From Amphiscolops sp. MND2022 (taxonomy: Eukaryota), in assembly GCA_964187785.1 (NCBI GenBank), contig OZ076411.1, positions 67,828,001 through 67,892,000 on the forward strand: 64,000 nucleotides of DNA, in the 5' to 3' direction. Positions 51,320 through 63,042 of this stretch are shown piece by piece (position 1 is the first letter of the stretch; the number at the start of each line of letters is the position of its first letter). The translations under genes were made by a program, and so were the position numbers. Below the pieces are notes generated by a model. That model was not told the DNA's origin and searched no databases. It worked only from the letters and a program-made list of their open reading frames with translations.

Positions 51320-52470
51320 GTGAACACTATCCCTCAGTGTCACGATGATAACTTTAGACCAGACACCCTTTTTAATTCAGGCGTTGTTTTTTCGAAAAGA
51401 GTTCCTAAAATTTCACGGATCCCCCTAGCTGAAAACTTGATACCCAAAATTAATGATAATTGTGAAACTCCGTCAAATATTCCCTTGTGGTGCTTATTAC
51501 TCTCCTCTCTTAGCAGTTTCTTGGAAAAACCACCTCGAGGAGGTAAACGTCAGAGGTCAACACTCAGTGCAATTATCAAAAAAGGTATTGGGGATGGTGT
51601 CGTTCAGAAAAATTCGAAACGCGACAGAAAGACGCAGCAGGAAAGCGAGTTGGATCAACGACTGCTTTAGAAGAAGGTATTTTCAAGGCCGGAATCAGAA
51701 AGACAGAAGGCGACGACAAGATTGCAGAGTCCACGGTCGACAACTACGCCGTCTTTAGGCTGAAACATCCGGAGAGGGAAACTTGCTCTGTTCTGGACCC
51801 ACAAATATCGATTGTTTCTCAACCTCGGAGCTTTTCGTCCACAAGGCTCTCACGTCTTTCCACAACAGCTCTAGTGCAAGCTTGGATGGCATTTCGCTCC
51901 AGTTTCGAAAGATTTGACTGCCAAGTCGGAAGGGCAAACTGGACTGAATTTTCTCAGAGCCTTTACAAATCTTGTGAATGTGATTCCCGAAAAAAGGTAC
52001 CTTTCGAATTTCGGCCGTACTTTTTTGGTGCGAAACTAATTTCGCTAAAAAATTCCCGATGTAGGACTTCGTGTTTCCGCTGTAGGCACGATTTTCCGCC
52101 GGTTGTCCGCAAAATGTTCCGGAAAACGCTTTCAATTCGACATACTGATAATACATGCTGCAGAAATCTTTTGAAATACACCCTGACGTTTAAAAGTACT
52201 CACACTTGACTTAGAGTCAGCGAATTAATAGACAATGAATCCATTTATCATCCGGTGGCCTTGGAAGTACAGGGTTCTTTAAGCGAGAGCAGTGAAATTT
52301 TCATCACGCGTCTCTGTAAAATGCTCTGCCGTTCGCACGACGATCAACGAGCTGGCAGCTTTTTGACGCAACGGATTTCAATGGCTCTCCAGATCGGCAA
52401 TGCGCCCTCTGTTCTAGATACGTTCGAAAAAATTAAATACTCATAGCTTTTTTAAATTTTTTTTCGAGAC
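51320..52470 (+). pseudogene. Internally deleted CRE-like element (N-terminal region and RT start fused to the RLE C-terminus)
   Basis: KRVPKISRIPLA...W.LL...PPRGGKR, LEEGIFKAGIR, SSSASLDGIS and GAKLISLK...AVG..FRRL, then directly HPVALEVQGS...QRISMALQIGNA. Confidence 0.7.
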
Positions 52471-53788
52471 CATATTTCAAATGCGGGAGGAAAATCATGA
52501 TCTGTGTTGCGTTTTCTTCCAAGTTCTTCCGAAACTCCACCTTTTACTCCACTTACTCAGCTTTCCTACTCAACCTACTCCACTTACTCAGCCTCCCAAC
52601 TGAGAGCAGGGAATAATATCTAAAGAAAAATGGAAATAACATCTAAATTAATAAGATCTAAAAATTCAGGACGGGAACAAAAATAATATCTAAAAGGAAT
52701 CAGATCTAAAATCACTGAATTTTAAATCTTGTAATTTAAATCCTATTCCCTCACCCAATATAGCTATAGCTGAGTTGGTGAAAGCGAAGATGGCGAAAAA
52801 TATCCCGGTGCTTAGCGGGTGTCTTGTTATTTTGTAAAACCTCTCTATCGTTGCAGCTTTTCAAAAAACTTTCTACCGGTGGACTTGAATAGTGGTTTGT
52901 ATGAGTTTGTTGGTTGTTTTTTCGTTACTGGTCTACTGGGCTGGTATGGGATTCCTACTTTCGTTGCAGAGCACGGGTGTGTGTCTTCTCCCCCCAACAG
53001 TATGATACACCTGACACTTGATTGAAGATACATGATATCCGATTCATTTTCCAATAGGAAAAAATTATTGGCAATTATTAATTGGTGGGGTATCCAATTA
53101 TCAATTAATTGATTTCCGAAAGTTTAGGGCAAATGTAGTTTTTTAATAAAAAACTAATTTCGCCAAGAAAAATCCTGATGTAGGACTTCGTCCTTTCGCT
53201 GTAGGCAATATTTTCCGCCGGTTGTCCGCAAAATGTTCCAAAAACGCTTTCAATTCGACATACTGATAATACATGCTGCAGAAACCTTTTGAAATACACC
53301 CTGACGTTTATAAGTACTCACACTCAACGTGCAGTCAGCGAATTTATAGACAATGGTTATATTTATCATCCGGTGGCTTTGGAAGTACAGGGTTCTTTAG
53401 GCGAGAGCAGTGAAATTTTCATCACGCCTCTCTGTAAAATGCTCTGTCGTTCGCACGACGATCAACGACCTGGCAGCTTTTTGACGAAACCGATTCAAAT
53501 GGCTCTTCAGATCGGCAATGCGCCCTCTGTTCTAGATACATGCGAAAAAAATAATTACATATAGCCTTTTTTAATTTTTTTTCGACCCCACCTTTCAAAT
53601 GGGGGAGGAAAATCATGATCTGTATTGCGTTTTTTTTCCAAGTTCTTCCAAAACTCCACCTTTTAGTCCACTTACTCGGCTTCCCTACTCAGCCTACTTC
53701 ACTTACTTAGCATCCCAACTGAGAGCAGGGAATAATATCTAAAGAAAAATGGAAACAAGATCTAAAATTTCAGGACGGGAACAATAAT

Positions 53789-56700
53789 TATAGAAACCTC
53801 TATTTGTAGAAACAGTGTTGATAAAACATTTATTTGATACAAGGATCCTCTGAAATAAAATGACACTTTAAAAAAACATCTATACATTTTACGATCTGTT
53901 ATAATAGAGTTTACGACATTGTACATCTCCCTCCCCCCTCCAGTCCGAACTGGTCGTAGTAGATCCGGGAGGACTGTCACAGTCAAATGTAGTCCCCAAG
54001 TCTCACAGGGGGTCGCTTTTTCCTCTGGGATCGTCTGGGGGGAGTCTGTGGGTTATCCTTGGGGGTCTTTGCTAGAGGTGACTCGTTGGGTAACCCAGTT
54101 CCATTAAGTTTATCACAACATCTGGACTCCTTGTCGGGTGATCCAGCAGAAAGGATGTGGGGCATGATATCTTTGTCCAGCAAAGGCTTGTTCTCATCTC
54201 CGAGGGACTCATTTGGTGGGCAATTGAACTTGAGTGGTTCTTTGTTTGTAACTGCCGGTGTCTTTGGGGGGGAATATGGGACAGTTTGCCTCTGGGGGGT
54301 GTTGTGTAAACTGTGCACCGGTCAGAATTTGACGCTTTGTTTCCGGTTGGGGTGTTTGCGGCTTTGCTTTAGGTGGATCTTGTGCCTGTTCTGGGTTGGT
54401 TCGTTGATTCACCGGAGACAGATTCTTGGCGTTGTTGAGAGTTTTCAAAGGTTGGAAGGTGTGGGTAGTACCGGGTATGTCCACAATGATCTTGTCGAAT
54501 TTCCAGAGAAATTTCTGATTCCGGAGAGTAACTCGGCCCGATCCATCCACTTTGACGGCGTATTGGTCGAACTGTTTCACCTCGATCACTAAGCCGGTTC
54601 GATCACATTGCAGTGGATGGTTACCTGTCTGGTTCTGGATAAAGACCCGGTCGCCAACTTTAAGGGGTTGTAACCGTACTGTGTGTTCGGTGAGGCGTTC
54701 AGCATTTCTGACATTTCTAGCACGCATTGCTTCTTTCCTGGCCCGTGATGTTTCTATCCAGGTGTTGTGAGGTCTGTATGAACCAGGCAGAATGGGGATG
54801 AAGTCCTTTATGGGTCGTCCAAAGATCATTTGTGCTGGAGATAAACCGGTATCGCGGTCAGGGGTGTTGCGGTATTGAAGCATGCCTCTTTGAAATTTGT
54901 CGAGGTTGATCTCGTTGTTCGGGCTAGTGTTGTCCATGAGCATGCGCTTGCAGGTCTTGACCCCGAGCTCGGCGCGACCATTTGAGTGGGCAAGTGCAAC
55001 AGATGAGAGGCGGTGATGGACACCCCAGTTTGACAACAGTTGTTGTGTCTCCTCGGCCGTGAATTCAGGTCCGCCATCTGACGATAGTTCGTCTGCAATG
55101 CCGTATGTAACGAAAATTTCACGTAGGCATTTTACAAGACCTGAAGAACCATCTCGTGATTGCTGCACTATCAGCCAACCAGAATAGCGGTCCACAACCA
55201 CCATGTAATTGCAGCCCTTGTATTTGAAGTAATCCGCACAGATGCATTGGAAGGGGTAAACTGGTTCCTGGGCCGCGAGCGGAGGGCCATGTGGTTGACT
55301 GGGCGCACGCTCATTGCATGACCGGCACCGAGCTCTCAAGTTTGCAATAGCCGGCGTAATCTCGGCCAAAAGACGCTAGTATCAGCCCCGGACGTCATGC
55401 AGGAGACACCTTGATGAGCAGAATGCAGTGTGTCTAGGATTAGTGCTGTTAGTGGTGATGGGATAACAGTCCTGTTGTTGTATAAAATCACTCCATCTAT
55501 TGTGCTGGGTCCATCCTTGAATTGGAAGAATTCTCGTATACCCGGGGCAAGATCCAATCGTGAGGTAATGCCCTGGAAACCGTCTTTGATTTTTTTTTGG
55601 AGATTTTGTAGATTTTCATCGCGTAGGGTGTGTTCTCGGACCTCCGCCCATGTAACAGCGCGAATGTCGCCGAGATTGGTGGCCGCAGCAACTACAAGCT
55701 TTTCTTCCAGATCAGCTGATGTGTCGGGTTCCCACGTCTTGGTAGCCTCAGGAAGACGGAGACGCGGTTCAATACCAGCGATGGAGTCCGACTCCTCGAA
55801 ATCACTATCCAAGGGAAGTTTTTTTGCATCACCAGTGGGTTTCCTCGAGTTTGCATCAGGCGCCTTTTGTTTCTGTCCGGGTATATGGATTATAGAGAAA
55901 CGGTATGGCAGCGCCTTCTCCTTGAGTGACAGTAGTCTTTCATTCTTGATATCGCCGAGGTGTCGGTTGTTGAGGACCCCGAGTAGCGGCTTGTGGACGG
56001 TAGCTACTACTAAGTTGTCGCAACCGAGTACGAAGTGACGGGCGGACTCCAGTCCATAAACCACAGCTAATACTTCCCCTTCAAAAGGAGCATATCTTGG
56101 TTTTGCTGGCTGTGTGAACCTGCTACCAGCGAATACTATTTTCCATCCCGTTGAGCAACAGACAGGAGTGATGACCTCACAGGTGCAGTACTTCTGCAGG
56201 AGCCAAAAACCGATGCCTTTCTTGGACCAATCTGTGGCGAGACATGTGACACGTTTGGAGTCGAATGTTCGGACACCTTCGGTGATTTTGTCCAGTATAG
56301 CAGCCTTTGATTGCTCAAAAACTTCTTGCAGCTGATCGTCCCAATAGAACGTTGACGACGGCTTGAGATGCTCGCGGAAAGGCGCCATGTCGTTGCGGAG
56401 GGATTCGCAGTACGATACTTGGTTGATGAGGCCAAACCAAGATCGGATATCAGTGATGTTTTGTGGCGTAGGAAAGTCACGGATTGCGCGGATATGTTTG
56501 TCACTGGGCTGGATATCGGTCGTAGTGATGACGAAACCAGCAAATTCCACCGTGTCGGTGCCAAATACAAACTTTTCGGGATTCTGAACAATTCCGTGTC
56601 GACCGCAGATGTCTAGCCAACGACATGTTTGAAAGAAACTTTCTTCGAGGGTGTCTGCCCATAAGCATGTGTCATCGATGCATTTGGTTTTGTTGGGGAA

Positions 56701-59170
56701 GTCATTGACAATCTCGTCAAATCTTCTGGTGTATCCGTCCTGTGAAGCAGCGTAGCCCTGTGGACAAGTTTTGTATCGGTACCGACCCCATGGCGTAATG
56801 AACGTGGTGAGGTGGCGATCTTCTTCTCGGATTGGTACACTGTGATACCCGTTCCAAGCATCAGTAATTGTCTTTTTGGTCCCTGCAGGTACCAGCGTTG
56901 CTTGGTGAAACGGGGATTGGGTGTGATGTGTTTCACGAACAGCATGTTTGTTGAGCACCTGCATGTCCACTGTGCGTCGTGGTTTGCCGTTTTTCTTCCG
57001 AGCCGTGACCATTCGATGGCACCAGGTAACCGGTTCTCCAACTGGGACAGCCTCCAGAACCCCGAGTTTGACATCTCTGTCGATAGACTCCTTCACTTCC
57101 TGTTGCCAGTGTAGAGGGACTGGAATGGGTTTGTGGACTGCAATCGGCTTGGCTTCGGGGTCGACGTGGAGTTCCAACGGCGGGCCCTCCATCAGAGGGA
57201 GTGTTTGGCATTCGCAAGTGTTGAAAGTGCTGGATCGGTATCTGTCTAGTATCCAATTCTGGAGAGCGGTCCGGTTGGCGTCCGTTGCTGGGAATGGTAT
57301 GGCAGTTGGTAATGGTGGCGGCTTGGTGCGTATGGGGCAGGAGCAGTCGCACTCCTCGTCGCGTTGGCTTGCTGCAGCTGAACTGTTTGACATGGGTTGC
57401 TGAGTGGCTGATCCGATTCGCGGGAAGTCACTTTCCGGACAGTCGTAAAATAACAGCCCCTAGAATTGGGATGACATCACGATTCGCCGCCGACTTTTTT
57501 GTTTTCACGGGTATGAGGTTCGATTTTTTGAAACCCAGTTTGTGGATGATTTTGATCCCAACTAAGACAGATTGACAACCAGTATCAGCTGTCATGGCTA
57601 TCGTATTCTGGCGTGTCCTTGTGTGAAGGCGGTACCCTAGCTCCTGGTATTCTTTTGTATGAGCGCGGGCGGTAAGAGAAACTGTCGGTTGTGGCGGTGA
57701 CCGCCTTGTGATCCAGCCGTTTCTGTCGTCGAAAATGTGGTGGTCAAGGACGGCCGCCTGTTGACTTGTTTTATGAGAAATGACCGTGCAGGCTACCGAG
57801 ATGTTGCACATTTTGTGAATGATAGTGTTGGATTCATCCTCATCCTTCGTTGTGTTTCCACCGATCTTTTTGGTCGGTTCCTTTTGTCACACTTTGAACA
57901 AATTTTGTCCCAGGCCTTGCATTTCTCCTTCCTAGCCTGTGTATCGCGGCCATCACCATGACCTGGTTTTCCACAATTTCGGCATTTGACTACGTGTTGG
58001 TCTTTGTCCGTCTGTTTATACGAGGATACTGTCGCAGCACTCGGGTTCTGGAGAGTTGCTTGTGATCGTTTACCAGCTTCTTTGGCCTCTATAAACTTGA
58101 TCGTGTCCTCCAGGCTCATGTCCTGGTTGTTATGTCCCAGTACAACTTGCTGGATGTCGCTGTCGCCAAGTCCTCTAATGAGAGCGTCACGGACCATGTC
58201 GTCAGTGTAATTAACTGCTTCAAATGGGTTGTGAGAGCAGTTTTTCGAGAACTGGCAGATCTTAGCTTGACCTCGTAAGCGAGCGGCAAAGCTCCTAACA
58301 CCCTCCTCTCTGTCCTGTGTCATTGTCAGGAGAGTCATCCTGCTCACCATGGCGTTCTCAGCCTTCACGGCTAGGGTCTTGATTGCTGTCATAGCGTCTA
58401 TCTCGGTTGCCATGGCGATGTTTGAGTGAGAGCGGTGGAGGTCCTTGCGTAGACTGTCTTCACAACATTCGAGGAGCTGTAAGGTGGCATCATGGTCGGC
58501 TATGCGTGTGGCTGTCTTGTAGGCGCCCATCTGGTAATGAAGTACTCCCAGTCTTCACTCGTTCTCTCTTTGGACACTTTTGGGCGAGACAATTTGTCGG
58601 GTTTGGCCTGTTGACAGGCGCCGGGGGCATGGGAATACCCGTGCACCGCGAAAAGTGCGATGGCTTGAGCCGCTTTTATATCCCCGGTGGCGTAGGCACA
58701 TCCTTCAATGGGGCAATTGAGCACCACCATGGCTGGCGGACACGTTCACTGGTTTATTTTCTGCTTGGAGCACACGATACGTGATGCTACCAAGGTAGAT
58801 ATAGAACGGGTTTAAAGTACGTGATACTTTAGGGATAAATAAAAAGAATACGCTTGAAGCACACCACACGTGATACTACAAGGTGATATTCATGAGCGAT
58901 ACAATTGTAGCTCCCATCCAGTTCAGGCTTTGTTAGGAATAAGATGCAAAGGAACGAACTAACGGGAAAAGGGTAGATGTTCTTTGTTTGCAGGATCTTT
59001 GTAGATTGCAGAAGTTGCTCGTCCACTTACTGAGAATAGAGGATCATATAGAAACCTCTATTTGTAGAAACAAAGTTAATAAAACATTTATTTCATACAA
59101 TGATCCTCTGATATAAAAATACATCTATACATTTTACGATCTGTTATAATAGAGTTTACGACATTGTACA
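53789..59170 (-). mobile_element. Ty3/Gypsy LTR retrotransposon E with very short LTRs
   Basis: LTRs 59047-59170 (124 bp) and 53789-53925 (137 bp), TGTACA...TCTATA. TSD ATAAT. PPT GAGGGGGGAGGGAGA abuts 53925 on the minus strand. Confidence 0.9.
54209..58730 (-). pseudogene. gag-pol: gag-pol of element E, frameshifted
   Basis: CRNCGKPGH knuckle, TADTGCQ protease, KCIDDTCLW RT, TDWSKKG RNase H, LHSAHQG...CRSC and LSSDGGP...GRAELGV integrase, across ORFs 58500-58730, 57793-58530, 57428-57811, 55336-57393 and 54209-55369. Confidence 0.9.
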
Positions 59171-59724
59171 ATAATAATATCTAAAAGGTATCAGATCTAA
59201 AATCACTGAATTTTAAATCTGATAATTTAAATCCTATTCCCCCTCCCAATATAGCTATGGCTCAGTTGATGAAGGCAAAGAGGGCGGAAAACATCCCGGT
59301 GCTTAGCGGGCGTCTTGTTATTTTGTAAAACCTCTCTATCGTTGCTGCTTTTCAAAAAAAAATTCTACCGGTGGACTTCAATAGTGGCTTGTATGAGTTT
59401 GTTGGTTGTTTTTTTGTTACTGGGCTGGTATGGGGTTCCTACTTTCATTGCAGACCACGGGTGTGTGTCTTCTCTCCCAACATCATGATCCGATGGAGGA
59501 AAAATTATTGGCAATTATTAATTAACGGGGTATCCAATTATCAACTAATTGATTTCCGAAATTTTAGAGCCAATGTAAGTTTTTATTGCGAAACTTATTT
59601 CGATAAGGAAAATACCGATGTAGGACTTCGTCTTTTCGCTGTAGGCAATACTTTCCGCCGGTTGTCCGCAAAATGTTCCGGAAAATGCTCTCAATTCGAC
59701 ATACTGATAATAGATGCTGGAGAA

Positions 59725-60073
59725 GGATGGCTGTAAATAGGTCGAATTTTTCTGCTCGAAAGGACAGAGGTCGAACCTTTTGATCGAATTGCAGGGATCG
59801 AATGGAATGCGGTCGAATTTTATCGTATTTGTTGTATGGCTCGGTCGCTTCGCTCCCTTTGCCAAGTAGCAACATTGAGGCATGGCCATATGGCACGTCG
59901 GTCCGCTTCGCTTCGCTCCTGCATTGAGGGCACTAGGGGTATGTGAACATATCTGACTACGTTATAAAAATTTCGATCCGAGTTGTTTCGATCCCATGAA
60001 AAAATTTGGTATGTCGACCTGAGGACTAACTCTGATTTTCGATCCCGTTCCTTCGACCTATTTCCGCCCACCC
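59725..60073. mobile_element. Mutator-like MITE H (349 bp)
   Basis: TIR 18/22 identical (GGATGGCTGTAAATAGGTCGAA vs GGGTGGGCGGAAATAGGTCGAA). 9-bp TSD GCTGGAGAA at 59716-59724 and 60074-60082. Confidence 0.75.
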
Positions 60074-60515
60074 GCTGGAGAAAACTTTTGAAATACACCC
60101 TGACGTTCATAAGTACTCACACTGGTAAATGGTCACTTGGCTTAATGCCATTCGGCCTAAAGTCATTTGGCCTAATACAATTGGTCACTTGGCTTAATTT
60201 TTTTAAGCTAAGTGTCTCGGGTATTGGTCACTTGGCCTAAAGTCATTTGACTTAAAACCACTTAGTTGAAAACACGTGGCAGATATTGTCGAATTTATCT
60301 TTATAACGTAGTCAGCGTATTATAACATGTCATATCAAGTACCCCTTGGATATGTCCCCATTTCCTCTAGTGCCCTGGGGCCGCTTATTTTTCCATCTTG
60401 CTGAGCGAGGTCGAACAGGAGCAAAGACCTAGCGGGAATGAAGATCGCGAAGCGATCGTAGTGGGAGCTGGTCTTTGCGACGGTGAGGGCGAGCGTGCAT
60501 ACACCGCATATGCCC

Positions 60516-61671
60516 CAGGGATTGCAATACCAATACCAATACCAATACCACAATACCAATACTTGGAGGGTCAATACCAATACCAATACCAATACTTCGA
60601 AAATTTGTCAATACCAATACCAATACCATTTTAGCCAATACCAATACTGAATCTGTCAATACCAATACTTTCTAATTGGATGCCATATTTAAGTTCGACG
60701 CGACGTGCCTTTCCAAAAACCATTTCAACGCGCTTTTTGTTTGACCATTTTTTGAATGTTTTAATTGATTTTTGTTTTGTTTCAGACAGTGTTATGGCAG
60801 CTGAGGTTGAGATGATCGAAAACAATGAATGCGAAATCAAAGCGACTCTGGAATACCGCGTTAACAAGATGTCAAATGTCGAAATTAATAAACAATATTT
60901 AGTCGAATTTAAAAATGGAATTCAAAGTGAGATGAGAAAATGCTTGCGATGCGATCTATTGGTGAAAGCGCCTAATGGAGGAACTACTGGTCTCAATAAA
61001 CATTACAAGTCATGTGTCAAGAAGGTGCCAAAGCGTAAAGATAATTCTCAATCGTGCCTTGGTTTTCCGAAGTCACCCAAACTGGAACTACCGAAAGGTC
61101 TGAAGTTAGTTGCACAAATGGTTTACAAAGATCAAATCCCTGTGAATACGGTTGCCAATAGTAGTGCTTTGCAGCACATATTCCAATCTCTCAATTTTGG
61201 ACGTGTAAATTATCATACAGTTAACAAAGCTCTGGACGATACTTACCATCGTATTGTTACGCATCTGAAAGCAATAATCACTAATAGAGATAAAGATCAG
61301 ATGCTGGCCATAAGTTTTGACAAGTGGACTTCCCAGGATGGAAAAAAGTTCATTGGTGTCTCCCTTCCCTTTCCTACCGTTAGCAGAGTTCGCAATGGCA
61401 CGATTATTCAACATTCTAGTACCTGATGCTATCCTTAATCGTTTAAAGTTGTCTTTTGTTTCTAAAGTTCATCAATAATAAAGTTTGACAACTCTAATTG
61501 TCGTGTTTTCAGGAAAGAACATGAGAAAATTCTTGAAAAATTGATTTAAAAAATGGCTTTTTGATAGTCAATACCAATACCTGACCCTGGTATTGACCCA
61601 ATACTCAATACCAATACCAATACCAGTTTGCCCAATACCAATACCATTTTTCAGAGGTATTGAAATCCCTG
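60516..61671 (+). mobile_element. Internally deleted hAT transposon F
   Basis: TIR CAGGGATT(G/T)CAATACC. 8-bp TSD ATATGCCC at 60508-60515 and 61672-61679. CAATAC subterminal arrays at both ends. Confidence 0.92.
60794..61426 (+). pseudogene. Truncated hAT transposase (BED finger to first catalytic Asp)
   Basis: CLRCDLLVKAPNGGTTGLNKHYKSC (BED finger) and ISFDKWTS (first catalytic D motif), then cut by the internal deletion. Confidence 0.85.
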
Positions 61672-63042
61672 ATATGCCCCACATTGTGATATTTCCGGGA
61701 GTTGACATATTTATTCCTTGAGTTGGAATGAAGTTGGCTTAATTTGTGGTCACTTGGCTTAAAATTTTTAAGCCAAATGACTCGACGAAAAAATTAAGCC
61801 AAATGGTATTAAGCCAAGTGACTGGTAACCCTCACACTCGACGTACAGTCAGCGAATTAATAGACAATGGATACATTTATCATCCGGTGGCCTTGGAAGT
61901 ACAGGTTTCTTTAAGCGAGAGCATTGAAATTTTCATCACGCGTCTCTGTAAAATGCTCTGTCGTTCGCACGACGATCAACTAGCTGGCAGTTCTTTGACG
62001 CAACCGATTTCAATGGCTCTTCAGATAGGCAATGCGCCCTCTGTTCTAGATACGTGCGAAAAAAATAATTACATATAGCCTTTTTTATTTTTTTTCCGAC
62101 CCCACCTTTCAAATGGGGGAGTAAAATCATGATCTGTGTTGCGTTTTTTTCCAAGTTCTTCCAAAACTCACTGTTTTACTCCACTTACTCAGCTTCCCTA
62201 CTCAGCCTACTCCACTTACTCAGCCTCCCAACTGAGAGCAGGAAATAATATCTAAAGAAAAATGGAAATAAGATCTAAATTAATAAGGTCCAAAATTTCA
62301 GGACGGGAACAATAATAATATCTAAAGGGAATCAGATCTAAAATCACTGAATTCTGAATCTTACACTTTATATCCTATTCCCCTTCCCAATATAGCTATG
62401 GCTCAGTTGGTGGAGGCGAAGAGAGCGGAAAATATCCCGGTGCTTAGCGGGCGTCTTGTTTTTTTTTTTGTAAAACCTCTCTATCGTTGCTGCTTTTCAG
62501 AAAAAATTCTACCGGTGGACTTGAATAGTGGCTTGTATGAGTTTGTTGGTTGTTTTTTTTTGTTACTGGTCTACTGGGCTGGTATGGTGTTCCTACTTTC
62601 GTTGCAGACCACGGGTGTGTGTCTTCCCCCAACATCTTGATACACCTGACACTTGATTGAAGATACATGATATCCGATGGAGGAAAAAAATTATAGGCAA
62701 TTATTAATTGGCGTGTTTCCTATGTTGGTTGGATTTTTTTGTCTGCCGCCCGGGCTGGGGCACATGATGAATACAGAAGCGTTTTTTAAGAAACGCTGAT
62801 TGATGACCACGATCCAATTCTGATTGAGGTTTAAAATTAATTGGCGGGGTATCCAATTATCATTTAATTGATTTCCGAAATTTTAGAGCCAATGTAAGTT
62901 TTTAATTCCTGGCCCCTGCCATACATTGTGAAACTTCTATTCTATTCCATTCAGAGGTAGTAAAGTATCCATTATTCACTTTTTGCTCCATAACTTTGCA
63001 CAGTTTTTTGGTTTCAAATGTTGCCATTAATGTTTCAGATTG

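Larger units (their letters stand above)
60124..61830. mobile_element. TIR MITE G with 8-bp TSD, containing hAT element F
   Basis: 33-bp TIR, 27/33 identical (GGTAAATGGTCACTTGGCTTAAT...). TSD CTCACACT at 60116-60123 and 61831-61838. Confidence 0.8.
52100..62950 (+). repeat. Tandem array of ~1.05-1.12 kb units (CRE fragment + CCACTTACTCAGC repeats + A-box-like head), interrupted by later insertions
   Basis: The marker ACTCACACT recurs at 52198, 53316 and 60115/61831. Spacing is 1118 bp, and about 1050 bp after removing elements E and H. Confidence 0.8.

Noticed and set aside
58781-58792. TGGTAGCATCAC (minus strand) as an initiator-Met PBS for element E
   Set aside because: Only 8 nt match the iMet-type PBS, and it lies about 250 nt from the LTR end defined by the LTR pair and TSD.
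60525-60670. CAATAC tandem repeats as a CRISPR array or telomeric repeat
   Set aside because: There are no unique spacers. The repeats are subterminal arrays inside a TIR/TSD-bounded hAT element.
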